This document shows, piece by piece, positions 38,501 to 53,100 of a stretch of 64,000 bases of DNA. A program made the position numbers and the translations under genes. The DNA is from Paragordius varius. Lineage: Eukaryota; Animalia; Nematomorpha. The notes below the pieces were generated by a model. That model made no database searches. It worked only from the letters and a program-made list of their open reading frames with translations, and was not told the DNA's origin. How positions within the stretch are numbered: the stretch's first letter is position 1; the number at the start of each line of letters is the position of its first letter. The stretch covers positions 13,268,001 through 13,332,000 of the forward strand of contig OZ176052.1 in assembly GCA_964247055.1 (NCBI GenBank). The letters are read 5' to 3'.

Positions 38501-41500
38501 TTTACAACGATACTTTAAAAATTAATGTATTAAACTAGTCGCATCAATACTCAAGTTAAACTTTGTCCTTAAAAATCGGATATTGGTTACCGGTGAACAA
38601 AATAATTTTTATACATTCTCTTAGTTAGACTACATCAAAATATAGAGATAGTTTGACAAACTCTTTCATATCCGATTTTCACAACGATACTTTAAAAATT
38701 AATGTATAAAACTAGTCGCATGATTACTCAAGTTAAACTTTGTCCTTAAAAATCGGATATTGGTCACCGGTGAACAAAATTATTTTTTATACATTCTCTT
38801 AGTAGGACTACATATAAATATAGAGATAGTTTGGCAAACTCTTTCATATCCGATTTTTACAATACTTTAAAAATTAATGTATAAAACTAGTCGCATGATT
38901 ACTCAAGTTAAACTTTGTCCTTAAAAATCGTATATTGGTCACCGGTGAACAAAATAATTTTTTATACATTCTCTTAGTAAGACTACATCAAAATATAGAG
39001 ATAGTTTGACAAACTCTTTCATATCCGATTTTTACAACGATACTTTAAAAATTATGGTATTAAACTAGTCGCATCAATACTCAAATTAAACTTTGTCCTT
39101 AAAAATCGGATATTGGTCACCAGTGAACAAAATAATTTTTTATACATTCTCTTAGTAAGACTACATCAAAATATAGAGATAGTTTGACAAACTCTTTCAT
39201 ATCCGATTTTTACAACGATACTTTATAAATTGTATAAAACTAGTCGTATCAATACTCAAGTTAAACTTTATCCTTAAAAATTGGATATTGGTCACCGGTG
39301 AACAAAATTATTTTTTATACATTCTCTTAGTAGGACTACATATAAATATAGAGATAGTTTGGCAAACTCTTTCATATCCGATTTTTACAATACTTTAAAA
39401 ATTAATGTATAAAACTAGTCGCATGATTACTCAAGTTAAACTTTGTCCTTAAAAATCGTATATTGGTCACCGGTGAACAAAATAATTTTTTATACATTCT
39501 CTTAGTAAGACTACATCAAAATATAGAGATAGTTTGACAAACTCTTTCATATCCGATTTTTACAACGATACTTTAAAAATTATGGTATTAAACTAGTCGC
39601 ATCAATACTCAAATTAAACTTTGTCCTTAAAAATCGGATATTGGTCACCAGTGAACAAAATAATTTTTTATACATTCTCTTAGTAAGACTACATCAAAAT
39701 ATAGAGATAGTTTGACAAACTCTTTCATATCCGATTTTTACAACGATACTTTATAAATTAATGTATAAAACTAGTCGTATCAATATTCAAGTTAAACTTT
39801 ATCCTTAAAAATTGGATATTGGTCACCGGTGAACAAAATAATTTTTTATACATTCTCTTAGCAAGACTACATCAAAATATAGAGATAGTTTGACAAACTC
39901 TTTCATATCCGATTTTTACAACGATACTTTAAAAATTAATGTATTAAACTAGTCGCATCAATACTCAAGTTAAACTTTGTCCTTAAAAATCGGATATTGG
40001 TCACCGGTGAACAAAATTATTTTTTATACATTCTTTTCGCAAGACTACATCAAAATATAGAGATAGTTTGACAAACTCTTTCATATCCGATTTTTACAAC
40101 GATACTTTATAAATTAATGTATAAAACTAGTCGCATGATCACTCAAGTTAAACTTTGTCCTTAAAAATCGGATATTGGTCACCGGTGAACAAAATTATTT
40201 TTTATACATTCTCTTAGTAGGACTACATATAAATATAGAGATAGTTTGGCAAACTCTTTCATATCCGATTTTTACAATACTTTAAAAATTAATGTATAAA
40301 ACTAGTCGCATGATTACTCAAGTTAAACTTTGTCCTTAAAAATCGGATATTGGTCACCGGAACAAAATAATTTTTTATACATTCTCTTAGTTAGACTACA
40401 TCAAAATATAGAGATAGTTTGACAAACTCTTTCATATCCGATTTTTACAACGATACTTTAAAAATTAATGTATTAAACTAGTCGCATCAATACTCAAGTT
40501 AAACTTTGTCCTTAAAAATTGGATATTGGTCACCGGTGAACAAAATAATATTTTATACATTCTCTTAGTAAGACTACATCAAAATATAGAGATAGTTTGA
40601 CAAACTCTTTCATATCCGATTTTTACAACGATACTTTAAAAATTATGGTATTAAACTAGTCGCATCAATACTCAAATTAAACTTTGTCCTTAAAAATCGG
40701 ATATTGGTCACCGGTGAACAAAATAATTTTTTATACATTCTCTTAGTAAGACTACATCAAAATAAATAGATAGTTTGACAAACTCTTTCATATCCGATTT
40801 TTACAACGATACTTTATAAATTAATGTATAAAACTAGTCGTATCAATACTCAAGTTAAACTTTATCCTTAAAAATTGGATATTGGTCACCGGTGAACAAA
40901 ATAATTTTTTATACATTCTCTTAGTAAGACTACATCAAAATATAGAGATAGTTTGACAAACTCTTTCATATCCGATTTTTACAACGATACTTTAAAAATT
41001 ATGGTATTAAACTAGTCGCATCAATACTCAAATTAAACTTTGTCCTTAAAAATCGGATATTGGTCACCGGTGAACAAAATTATTTTTTATATATTCTTTT
41101 AGTAAGACTACATCAAAATATAGAGATAGTTTGACAAACTCTTTCATATCCGATTTTTACAACGATACTTTATAAATTAATGTATAAAACTAGTCGTATC
41201 AATACTCAAGTTAAACTTTATCCTTAAAAATTGGATATTGGTCACCGGTGAACAAAATAATTTTTTATACATTCTCTTAGTAAGACTACATCAAAATATA
41301 GAGATAGTTTGACAAACTCTTTCATATCCGATTTTTACAACGATACTTTAAAAATTATGGTATTAAACTAGTCGCATCAATACTCAAATTAAACTTTGTC
41401 CTTAAAAATCGGATATTGGTCACCGGTGAACAAAATTATTTTTTATATATTCTCTTAGCAAGACTACATCAAAATATAGAGATAGTTTGACAAACTCTTT

Positions 41501-44500
41501 CATATCCGATTTTCACAACGATACTTTAAAAATTAATGTATAAAACTAGTCGTATCAATAAATCGCATCAATACTCAAGTTAAACTTAGTCCTTAAAAAT
41601 CGGATATTGGTCACCGGTGAACAAAATTATTTTTTATACATTCTCTTAGTAGGACTACATCAAAATATAGAGATAGTTTGGCAAACTCTTTCATATCCGA
41701 TTTTTACAGCGATACTTTAAAAATTAATGTATTAAACTAGTCGCATCAATACTCAAATTAAACTTTGTCCTTAAAAATCGGATATTGGTCACCGGTGAAC
41801 AAAATTATTTTTTATATATTCTCTTAGCAAGACTACATCAAAATATAGAGATAGTTTGACAAACTCTTTCATATCCGATTTTCACAACGATACTTTAAAA
41901 ATTAATGTATAAAACTAGTCGTATCAATAAATCGCATCAATACTCAAGTTAAACTTTATCCTTAAAAATTGGATATTGGTCACCGGTGAATAAAATAATT
42001 TTTTATACATTCTCTTAGTAGGACTACATATAAATATAGAGATAGTTTGACAAACTCTTTCATATCCGATTTTTACAACAATACTTTAAAAATTATGGTA
42101 TTAAACCAGTCGCATCAATACTCAAGTTAAACTTTGTCCTTAAAAATCGGATATTGGTCACCGGTGAACAAAATTATTTTTTATACATTCTCTTAGTAGG
42201 ACTACATATAAATATAGAGATAGTTTGGCAAACTCTTTCATATCCGATTTTTACAACGATACTTTATAAATTAATGTATAAAACTAGTCGTATCAATACT
42301 CAAGTTAAACTTTATCCTTAAAAATTGGATATTGGTCACCGGTGAACAAAATAATTTTTTATACATTCTCTTAGTAAGACTACATCAAAATACAGAGATA
42401 GTTTGACAAACTCTTTCATATCCGATTTTTACAACGATACTTTAAAAATTATGGTATTAAACAAGTCGCATCAATACTCAAATTAAACTTTGTCCTTAAA
42501 AATCGGATATTGGTCACCGGTGAACAAAATTATTTTTTATACATTCTCTTAGTAAGACTACATCAAAATATATAATAGTTTGACAAACTCTTTCATATCC
42601 GATTTTTACAACGATACTTTAAAAATTAATGTATAAAACTAGTCGCATCAATACTCAAGTTAAACTTTATCCTTAAAAATTGGATATTGGTCACCGGTGA
42701 ACAAAATAATTTTTTATACATTCTCTTAGTAAGACTACATCAAAATATAGAGATAGTTTGACAAACTCTTTCATATCCGATTTTTACAACGATACTTTAA
42801 AAATTAATATATAAAACTAGTCGCATCAATACTCAAGTTAAACTTTTTCCTTAAAAATAGGATATTGGTCACCGCTGAACAAAATAATTTTTTATACATT
42901 CGCTTAGTAAGACTACATCAAAATATAGAGATAGTTTGACAAACTCTTTTATATCCGATTTTTACAACGATACTTTATAAATTAATGTATAAAACTAGTC
43001 GCATGATCACTCAAGTTAAACTTTGTCCTTAAAAATCGGATATTGGTCACCGGTGAACAAAATAATTTTTTATACATTCTCTTAGTAAGACTACATCAAA
43101 ATATAGAGATAGTTTGACAAACTCTTTCTATCCGATATTTACAACGATACTTTATAAATTAATGTATAAAACTAGTCGTATCAATACTCAAGTTAAACTT
43201 TATCCTTAAAAATTGGATATTGGTCACCGGTGAACAAAATAATTTTTTATACATTCTCTTAGTAAGACTACATCAAAATACAGAGATAGTTTGACAAACT
43301 CTTTCATATCCGATTTTTACAACGATACTTTAAAAATTATGGTATTAAACTAGTCGCATCAATACTCAAATTAAACTTTGTCCTTAAAAATCGGATATTG
43401 GTCACCGGTGAACAAAATTATTTTTTATACATTCTCTTAGTAAGACTACATCAAAATATAGAGATAGTTTGACAAACTCTTTCATATCCGATTTTTACAA
43501 CGATACTTTAAAAATTATGGTATTAAACTAGTCGCATCAATACTCAAATTAAACTTTGTCCTTAAAAATCGGATATTGGTCACCGGTGAACAAAATTATT
43601 TTTTATACATTCTCTTAGTAAGACTACATCAAAATATAGAGATAGTTTGACAAACTCTTTCATATCCGATTTTTACAACGATACTTTAAAAATTAATGTA
43701 TAAAACTAGTCGCATCAATACTAAAGTTAAACTTTATCCTTAAAAATCGGATATTGGTCACCGGTGAACATAATTATTTTTTATACTTAGTAAGACTACA
43801 TCAAAATATAGAAATAGTTTGACAAACTCTTTCATATCCGATTTTTACAACGATACTTTAAAAATTATGGTATTAAACTAGTCGCATCAATACTCAAATT
43901 AAACTTTGTCCTTAAAAATCGGATATTGGTCACCGGTGAACAAAATAATTTTTTAGACATTCTCTTAGTAAGGCTACATCAAAATATAGAGATAGTTTGA
44001 CAAACTCTTTCTATCCGATTTTTGCAACGATACTTTATAAATTAATGTATAAAACTAGTCGTATCAATACTCAAGTTAAACTTTATCCTTAAAAATTGGA
44101 TATTGGTTACCGGTGAACAAAATAATTTTTTATACATTCTCTTAGTAAGACTACATCAAAATATAGAGTTAGTTTGACAAACTCTTTCATATCCGATTTT
44201 TACAACGATACTTTAAAAATTATGGTATTAAACTAGTCGCATCAATACTCAAATTAAACTTTGTCCTTAAAAATCGGATACTGGTCACCGGTGAACAAAA
44301 TAATTTTTTATACATTCTCTTAGTAAGACTACATCAAAATATAGAGATAGTTTGACAAACTCTTTCATATCCGATTTTTACAACGATACTTTAAAAATTA
44401 TGGTATTAAACTAGTCGCATCAATACTCAAATTAAACTTTGTCCTTAAAAATCGGATATTGGTCACCGGTGAACAAAATAATTTTTTATACATTCTCTTA

Positions 44501-44899
44501 GTAAGACTACATCAAAATATAGAGATAGTTTGACAAACTCTTTCTATCCGATTTTTACAACGATACTTTATAAATTAATGTATAAAACTAGTCGTATCAA
44601 TACTCAAGTTAAACTTTATCCTTAAAAATTGGATATTGGTCACCGGTGAACAAAATAATTTTTTATACATTCTCTTAGTAAGACTACATCAAAATACAGA
44701 GATAGTTTGACAAACTCTTTCATATCCGATTTTTACAACGATACTTTAAAAATTATGATATTAAACTAGTCGCATCAATACTCAAATTAAACTTTGTCCT
44801 TAAAAATCGTATATTGGTCACCGGTGAACAAAATTATTTTTTATACATTCTCTTAGTAAGACTACATCAAAATATAGAGATAGTTTGACAAACTCTTTC

Positions 44900-47800
44900 A
44901 TATCCGATTTTTACAACGATACTTTAATAATTATGGTATTAAACTAGTCGCATCAATACTCAAATTAAACTTTGTCCTTAAAAATCGGATATTGGTCACC
45001 GGTGAACAAAATTATTTTTTATACATTCTCTTAGTAAGACTACATCAAAATATAGAGATAGTTTGACAAACTCTTTCATATCCGATTTTTACAACGATAC
45101 TTTAAAAATTAATGTATAAAACTAGTCGCATCAATACTAAAGTTAAACTTTATCCTTAAAAATCGGATATTGGTCACCGGTGAACATAATTATTTTTTAT
45201 ACATTCTCTTAGTAAGACTACATCAAAATATAGAAATAGTTTGACAAACTCTTTCATATCCGATTTTTACAACGATACTTTAAAAATTATGGTATTAAAC
45301 TAGTCGCATCAATACTCAAATTAAACTTTGTCCTTAAAAATCGGATATTGGTCACCGGTGAACAAAATTATTTTTTATACATTCTCTTAGTAAGACTACA
45401 TCAAAATATAGAGATAGTTTGACAAACTCTTTCATATCCGATTTTTACAACGATACTTTAAAAATTAATGTATAAAACTAGTCGCATCAATACTAAAGTT
45501 AAACTTTATCCTTAAAAATCGGATATTGGTCACCGGTGAACATAATTATTTTTTATACATTCTCTTAGTAAGACTACATCAAAATATAGAAATAGTTTGA
45601 CAAACTCTTTCATATCCGATTTTTACAACGATACTTTAAAAATTAATGTATTAAACTAGTCGCATCAATACTCAAGTTAAACTTTGTCCTTAAAAATCGG
45701 ATATTGGTCACCGGTGAACATAATTATTTTTTATACATTCTCTTAGTAAGACTACATCAAAATATATAATAGTTTGACAAACTCTTTCATATCCGATTTT
45801 TACAACGATACTTTAAAAATTAATGTATAAAACTAGTCGCATCAATACTCAAGTTAAACTTTATCCTTGAAAATTGGATATTGGTCACCGGTGAACAAAA
45901 TAATTTTTTATACATTCTCTTAGTAAGACTACATCAAAATATAGAGATAGTTTGACAAACTCTTTCATATCCGATTTTTACAACGATACTTTAAAAATTA
46001 TGGTATTAAACTAGTCGCATCAATACTCAAATTAAACTTTGTCCTTAAAAATCGGATATTGGTCACCGGTGAACAAAATAATTTTTTTTACATTCTCTTA
46101 GTAAGACTACATCAAAATATAAAGATAGTTTGACAAACTCTTTCATATCCGATTTTTACAACGATACTTTAAAAATTAATGTATTAAACTAGTCGCATCA
46201 ATACTCAAGTTAAACTTTGTCCTTAAAAATCGGATATTGGTCACCGGTGAACATAATTATTTTTTATACATTCTCTTAGTAAGACTACATCAAAATATAT
46301 AATAGTTTGACAAACTCTTTCATATCCGATTTTTACAACGATACTTTAAAAATTAATGTATAAAACTAGTCGCATCAATACTCAAGTTAAACTTTATCCG
46401 TAAAAATCGGATATTGGTCACCGGTGAACAAAATAATTTTTTATACATTCTCTTAGTAAGACTACATCAAAATATAGAGATAGTTTGACAAACTCTTTCA
46501 TATCCGATTTTTACAACCATACTTTATAAATTAATGTATAAAACTAGTCGTATCAATAAATCGCATCAATACTCAAGTTAAACTTTGTCCATAAAAATCG
46601 GATATTGGTCACCGGTGAACAAAATTATTTTTTATACATTCTCTTAGTAAGACTACATCAAAATATAGAGATAGTTTGACAAACTCTTTCATATCCGATT
46701 TTTACAACCATACTTTATAAATTAATGTATAAAACTAGTCGTATCAATAAATCGCATCAATACTCAAGTTAAACTTTGTCCTTAAAAATCGGATATTGGT
46801 CACCGGTGAACAAAATTATTTTTTATACATTCTCTAGCAAGACTACATCAAAATATAGAGATAGTTTGACAAAATCTTTCATATCCGATTTTTACAACCA
46901 TACTTTATAAATTAATGTATAAAACTAGTCGTATCAATAAATCGCATCAATACTCAAGTTAAACTTTGTCCTTAAAAATCGGATATTGGTCACCGGTGAA
47001 CAAAATTATTTTTTATACATTCTCTTAGTAAGACTACATCAAAATGTAGAGATAGTTTGACAAACTCTTTCATATCCGATTTTTAGAACGATACTTTAAA
47101 AATTATTGTATTAAACCAGTCGCATCAATACTCAAGTTAAACTTTGTCCTTAAAAATCGGATATTGGTCACCGGTGAACAAAATTATTTTTTATACATTC
47201 TCTTAGTAAGACTACATCAAAATATAGATATAGTTTGACAAACTCTTTCATATCCGATTTTTAAATTAATGTATAAAACTAGTCGCATCAATACTAAAGT
47301 TAAACTTTATCCTTAAAAATCGGATATTGGTCACCGGTGAACATAATTATTTTTTATACATTCTCTTAGTAAGACTACATCAAAATATAGAGATAGTTTG
47401 ACAAACTCTTTCATATCCGATTTTTACAACGATACTTTAAAAATTAATGTATTAAACTAGTCGCATCAATACTCAAGTTAAACTTTGTCCTTAAAAATCG
47501 GATATTGGTCACCGGTTAACAAAATTATTTTTTATACATTCTTTTCGCAAGACTACATCAAAATATAGAGATAGTTTGACAAACTCTTTCATATCCGATT
47601 TTTACAACGATACTTTAATAATTATGGTATTAAACTAGTCGCATCAATACTCAAATTAAACTTTGTCCTTAAAAATCGGATATTGGTCACCGGTGAACAA
47701 AATTATTTTTTATACATTCTCTTAGTAAGACTACATCAAAATATAGAGATAGTTTGACAAACTCTTTCATATCCGATTTTTACAACGATACTTTAAAAAT

Positions 47801-50290
47801 TAATGTATAAAACTAGTCGCATCAATACTAAAGTTAAACTTTATCCTTAAAAATCGGATATTGGTCACCGGTGAACATAATTATTTTTTATACATTCTCT
47901 TAGTAAGACTACATCAAAATATAGAAATAGTTTGACAAACTCTTTCATATCCGATTTTTACAACGATACTTTAAAAATTATGGTATTAAACTAGTCGCAT
48001 CAATACTCAAATTAAACTTTGTCCTTAAAAATCGGATATTGGTCACCGGTGAACAAAATTATTTTTTATACATTCTCTTAGTAAGACTACATCAAAATAT
48101 AGAGATAGTTTGACAAACTCTTTCATATCCGATTTTTACAACGATACTTTAAAAATTAATGTATAAAACTAGTCGCATCAATACTAAAGTTAAACTTTAT
48201 CCTTAAAAATCGGATATTGGTCACCGGTGAACATAATTATTTTTTATACATTCTCTTAGTAAGACTACATCAAAATATAGAAATAGTTTGACAAACTCTT
48301 TCATATCCGATTTTTACAACGATACTTTAAAAATTAATGTATTAAACTAGTCGCATCAATACTCAAGTTAAACTTTGTCCTTAAAAATCGGATATTGGTC
48401 ACCGGTGAACATAATTATTTTTTATACATTCTCTTAGTAAGACTACATCAAAATATATAATAGTTTGACAAACTCTTTCATATCCGATTTTTACAACGAT
48501 ACTTTAAAAATTAATGTATAAAACTAGTCGCATCAATACTCAAGTTAAACTTTATCCTTGAAAATTGGATATTGGTCACCGGTGAACAAAATAATTTTTT
48601 ATACATTCTCTTAGTAAGACTACATCAAAATATAGAGATAGTTTGACAAACTCTTTCATATCCGATTTTTACAACGATACTTTAAAAATTATGGTATTAA
48701 ACTAGTCGCATCAATACTCAAATTAAACTTTGTCCTTAAAAATCGGATATTGGTCACCGGTGAACAAAATAATTTTTTTTACATTCTCTTAGTAAGACTA
48801 CATCAAAATATAAAGATAGTTTGACAAACTCTTTCATATCCGATTTTTACAACGATACTTTAAAAATTAATGTATTAAACTAGTCGCATCAATACTCAAG
48901 TTAAACTTTGTCCTTAAAAATCGGATATTGGTCACCGGTGAACATAATTATTTTTTATACATTCTCTTAGTAAGACTACATCAAAATATATAATAGTTTG
49001 ACAAACTCTTTCATATCCGATTTTTACAACGATACTTTAAAAATTAATGTATAAAACTAGTCGCATCAATACTCAAGTTAAACTTTATCCGTAAAAATCG
49101 GATATTGGTCACCGGTGAACAAAATAATTTTTTATACATTCTCTTAGTAAGACTACATCAAAATATAGAGATAGTTTGACAAACTCTTTCATATCCGATT
49201 TTTACAACCATACTTTATAAATTAATGTATAAAACTAGTCGTATCAATAAATCGCATCAATACTCAAGTTAAACTTTGTCCATAAAAATCGGATATTGGT
49301 CACCGGTGAACAAAATTATTTTTTATACATTCTCTTAGTAAGACTACATCAAAATATAGAGATAGTTTGACAAACTCTTTCATATCCGATTTTTACAACC
49401 ATACTTTATAAATTAATGTATAAAACTAGTCGTATCAATAAATCGCATCAATACTCAAGTTAAACTTTGTCCTTAAAAATCGGATATTGGTCACCGGTGA
49501 ACAAAATTATTTTTTATACATTCTCTAGCAAGACTACATCAAAATATAGAGATAGTTTGACAAAATCTTTCATATCCGATTTTTACAACCATACTTTATA
49601 AATTAATGTATAAAACTAGTCGTATCAATAAATCGCATCAATACTCAAGTTAAACTTTGTCCTTAAAAATCGGATATTGGTCACCGGTGAACAAAATTAT
49701 TTTTTATACATTCTCTTAGTAAGACTACATCAAAATGTAGAGATAGTTTGACAAACTCTTTCATATCCGATTTTTAGAACGATACTTTAAAAATTATTGT
49801 ATTAAACCAGTCGCATCAATACTCAAGTTAAACTTTGTCCTTAAAAATCGGATATTGGTCACCGGTGAACAAAATTATTTTTTATACATTCTCTTAGTAA
49901 GACTACATCAAAATATAGATATAGTTTGACAAACTCTTTCATATCCGATTTTTAAATTAATGTATAAAACTAGTCGCATCAATACTAAAGTTAAACTTTA
50001 TCCTTAAAAATCGGATATTGGTCACCGGTGAACATAATTATTTTTTATACATTCTCTTAGTAAGACTACATCAAAATATAGAGATAGTTTGACAAACTCT
50101 TTCATATCCGATTTTTACAACGATACTTTAAAAATTAATGTATTAAACTAGTCGCATCAATACTCAAGTTAAACTTTGTCCTTAAAAATCGGATATTGGT
50201 CACCGGTTAACAAAATTATTTTTTATACATTCTTTTCGCAAGACTACATCAAAATATAGAGATAGTTTGACAAACTCTTTCATATCCGAT
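44900..50290 (+). repeat. 15-monomer higher-order repeat, period 2691 bp, 2 copies
   Basis: ACTTTAATAA 44921/47612, TTATCCTTGA 45861/48552 and ATTTTTTTTA 46081/48772. The offset equals 15x178+39-15-1-2. Confidence 0.93.
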
Positions 50291-53100
50291 TTTTACAACG
50301 ATACTTTAAAAATTATGGTATTAAACTAGTCGCATCAATACTCAAATTAAACTTTGTCCTTAAAAATCGGATATTGGTCACCGGTGAACAAAATAATTTT
50401 TTATACATTCTCTTAGTAAGACTACATCAAAATATAAAGATAGTTTGACAAACTCTTTCATATCCGATTTTTACAACGATACTTTAAAAATTAATGTATT
50501 AAACTAGTCGCATCAATACTCAAGTTAAACTTTGTCCTTAAAAATCGGATATTGGTCACCGGTGAACATAATTATTTTTTATACATTCTCTTAGTAAGAC
50601 TACATCAAAATATATAATAGTTTGACAAACTCTTTCATATCCGATTTTTACAACGATACTTTAAAAATTTATGTATAAAACTAGTCGCATCAATACTCAA
50701 GTTAAACTTTATCCGTAAAAATCGGATATTGGTCACCGGTGAACAAAATAATTTTTTATACATTCTCTTAGTAAGACTACATCAAAATATAGAGATAGTT
50801 TGACAAACTCTTTCATATCCGATTTTTACAACCATACTTTATAAATTAATGTATAAAACTAGTCGTATCAATAAATCGCATCAATACTCAAGTTAAACTT
50901 TGTCCATAAAAATCGGATATTGGTCACCGGTGAACAAAATTATTTTTTATACATTCTCTTAGTAAGACTACATCAAAATATAGAGATAGTTTGACATACT
51001 CTTTCATATCCGATTTTTACAACCATACTTTATAAATTAATGTATAAAACTAGTCGTATCAATAAATCGCATCAATACTCAAGTTAAACTTTGTCCTTAA
51101 AAATCGGATATTGGTCACCGGTGAACAAAATTATTTTTTATACATTCTCTAGCAAGACTACATCAAAATATAGAGATAGTTTGACAAAATCTTTCATATC
51201 CGATTTTTACAACCATACTTTATAAATTAATGTATAAAACTAGTCGTATCAATAAATCGCATCAATACTCAAGTTAAACTTTGTCCTTAAAAATCGGATA
51301 TTGGTCACCGGTGAACAAAATTATTTTTTATACATTCTCTTAGTAAGACTACATCAAAATGTAGAGATAGTTTGACAAACTCTTTCATATCCGATTTTTA
51401 GAACGATACTTTAAAAATTATTGTATTAAACCAGTCGCATCAATACTCAAGTTAAACTTTGTCCTTAAAAATCGGATATTGGTCACCGGTGAACAAAATT
51501 ATTTTTTATACATTCTCTTAGTAAGACTACATCAAAATATAGATATAGTTTGACAAACTCTTTCATATCCGATTTTTAAATTAATGTATAAAACTAGTCG
51601 CATCAATACTAAAGTTAAACTTTATCTTTAAAAATCGGATATTGGTCACCGGTGAACATAATTATTTTTTATACATTCTCTTAGTAAGACTACATCAAAA
51701 TATAGAGATAGTTTGACAAACTCTTTCATATCCGATTTTTACAACGATACTTTAAAAATTAATGTATTAAACTAGTCGCATCAATACTCAAGTTAAACTT
51801 TGTCCTTAAAAATCGGATATTGGTCACCGGTTAACAAAATTATTTTTTATACATTCTTTTCGCAAGACTACATCAAAATATAGAGATAGTTTGACAAACT
51901 CTTTCATATCCGATTTTTACAACGATACTTTAAAAATTATGGTATTAAACTAGTCGCATCAATACTCAAATTAAACTTTGTCCTTAAAAATCGGATATTG
52001 GTCACCGGTGAACAAAATAATTTTTTATACATTCTCTTAGTAAGACTACATCAAAATATAAAGATAGTTTGACAAACTCTTTCATATCCGATTTTTACAA
52101 CGATACTTTAAAAATTAATGTGTTAAACTAGTCGCATCAATACTCAAGTTAAACTTTGTCCTTAAAAATCGGATATTGGTCACCGGTGAACATAATTATT
52201 TTTTATACATTCTCTTAGTAAGACTACATCAAAATATATAATAGTTTGACAAACTCTTTCATATCCGATTTTTACAACGATACTTTAAAAATTAATGTAT
52301 AAAACTAGTCGCATCAATACTCAAGTTAAACTTTATCCGTAAAAATCGGATATTGGTCACCGGTGAACAAAATAATTTTTTATACATTCTCTTAGTAAGA
52401 CTACATCAAAATATAGAGATAGTTTGACAAACTCTTTCATATCCGATTTTTACAACCATACTTTATAAATTAATGTATAAAACTAGTCGTATCAATAAAT
52501 CGCATCAATACTCAAGTTAAACTTTGTCCATAAAAATCGGATATTGGTCACCGGTGAACAAAATTATTTTTTATACATTCTCTTAGTAAGACTACATCAA
52601 AATATAGAGATAGTTTGACAAACTCTTTCATATCCGATTTTTACAACCATACTTTATAAATTAATGTATAAAACTAGTCGTATCAATAAATCGCATCAAT
52701 ACTCAAGTTAAACTTTGTCCTTAAAAATCGGATATTGGTCACCGGTGAACAAAATTATTTTTTATACATTCTCTAGCAAGACTACATCAAAATATAGAGA
52801 TAGTTTGACAAACTCTTTCATATCCGATTTTTACAACCATACTTTATAAATTAATGTATAAAACTAGTCGTATCAATAAATCGCATCAATACTCAAGTTA
52901 AACTTTGTCCTTAAAAATCGGATATTGGTCACCGGTGAACAAAATTATTTTTTATACATTCTCTTAGTAAGACTACATCAAAATATAGATATAGTTTGAC
53001 AAACTCTTTCATATCCGATTTTTAAATTAATGTATAAAACTAGTCGCATCAATACTAAAGTTAAACTTTATCCTTAAAAATCGGATATTGGTCACCGGTG
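48680..53100 (+). repeat. 9-monomer higher-order repeat, period 1624 bp, about 2.7 tandem copies (the last copy lacks one monomer)
   Basis: GTCCATAAAA at 49281, 50905 and 52529. The offset equals 9x178+39-15-1-1. Each unit has three 191-bp monomers and one 163-bp monomer. Confidence 0.93.
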
